Shown here piece by piece: positions 62,880 through 64,000 of a stretch of DNA of 64,000 nt. The DNA comes from Squalus acanthias. Lineage: Eukaryota. A model generated the notes under the pieces. It was not told the origin of the DNA. It did no database searches and saw only the letters and a list, made by a program, of their open reading frames with translations. Position 1 is the stretch's first letter. Each line of letters opens with the position of its first letter. Where the stretch lies: NCBI GenBank assembly GCA_030390025.1, contig CM059432.1:18354001-18418000 (forward strand). Direction: 5' to 3'. Made by a program: the position numbers and the translations under genes.

Positions 62880-63405
62880 CTGGATACTGCAGAACATGGG
62901 ACTTATCTTGGCCACTCCACTCTGGTTGGATAAGAGGAGCAACAGCAATAGAAGGTGGGGGAACCCCAGGCAGCTGCAGTTGGAACTGTTGGGAGTGTAC
63001 AAAGGAGGAGGGCTGCTTGCGGGCATCTTTGGGGTCATAGGTTCAATAGGCCCAGCGTCACCTACCTCCAGTTTACTGAGGAACAGTGCATAACGAGGCT
63101 GCGCTTCTCCAGAAAAGCTGTTATCAACCTCGGCAGCCTTTTGCATAAAGATCCGCAAGGCACTCAGAATTGTCCAGGCATTACCCATGGCAGTTAAAGT
63201 CACACAGCCTTCAATTTGTTGGCCTCGGACTGTTTCCAGGCTGCAGCAGGTGATATCAGTCTGTCTACAGTCCATACCTGCAACAAGCAGGCCACTGACA
63301 CCCTCTTTGCAAAAGCTAAACAGCATATCACCCCCCCCCATGGATGCCAGGAGCCAGCAGGAAAGGCCTTAGGCTTTGCTAACATAGCAGGCTTCTGCCA
63401 AGTAT
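62880..63405 (+). pseudogene. PIF/Harbinger transposase N-terminal remnant
   Basis: YLQFTEEQCITRLRFSRKAV, ALPMAVKVT, ASDCFQAAAGDIS, QATDTLFA, GFANIAGF, ending just before the expected GAIDCTH; frameshifted. Confidence 0.85.
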
Positions 63406-64000
63406 GAACAATTAGGGGGAAAAATTTGTGTTCGCCAGCAAAGTTGACGGCGTTACCGGCAACTGCAGTTAACGGTCGCTGGAAATGGCTGCAACACTAA
63501 CCGAGCCAAATTGGTCTGGGGGGGGCGGGGGGGCATGGAGATAGGTAGCACAGCGCTCACCTTCCATACAATGCCGTCCTGGTGGCATTGCTGGAGGGAT
63601 CCAGGACCAAGTTCCTGTCCAGGTCTGGCGTTGCAGCTTCCCACAACATCTGTGGGCAAAGCTCTGGAGCTCGCAAGGAATTGTGGGCAATGAAGAGGTC
63701 TGAGAATTAAAGGGGCCATGCACACTGAAGCAATACAAAATAAAATGCAGTGAATCAATACATTTTCCAGTCCTTTCTGCCTTTTAAAAAATATTCAACA
63801 TTTAAAAGAAGTTCCAAATGTCAATATTCGGCTGTTAAAGCTGAATTACCTCCTAACCTCAACAAATGGGAAAACTGCCTCAGCACAAACACAAATGCCT
63901 CAGCAAGCCAGGGAAGGGACACCCAGGGTCTCGCACGCAGCACTTCAGCTTTGTGCAGGGGGTCTACCCACAGGGGCCAGGAGGCCCTCCAGAAAGGACG

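Noticed and set aside
62880..63405. Domesticated HARBI1 gene
   Set aside because: Frameshifted and truncated before the catalytic residues; one of three decayed copies.

Overview
Eukaryotic, transposon-dominated DNA, very probably intronic or intergenic sequence from a cartilaginous fish (inferred from SacSINE1-like DeuSINEs, HE1-like V-SINEs and shark-type CR1 tails). I see no intact, recognisable host protein-coding gene; the longer ORFs in the track are LINE reverse-transcriptase fragments or chimeras. The window holds many 5'-truncated CR1 and L2 LINEs, two RTE copies in inverted orientation, RTEX-like LINEs, and Penelope-like fragments with minimal hammerhead ribozyme remnants. It also holds three decayed PIF/Harbinger transposase genes, at least seven Harbinger-type MITEs (3-bp TSD), and four solo LTRs from two families (4-bp TSD). 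Three observations stand out. (1) A ~1.7-kb solo LTR family has an apparently ~850-nt R region with a hairpin-embedded splice donor. (2) An RTEX-like LINE carries a tRNA-derived Pol III head and co-occurs with a SINE made of that head joined to the LINE tail. (3) A cluster of minus-strand splice signals and a polyA signal in unique DNA at 30.8-33.4 kb may be a small unannotated gene or lncRNA. Family names come from motif recognition by eye, not database searches, and the boundaries of old repeats are approximate.
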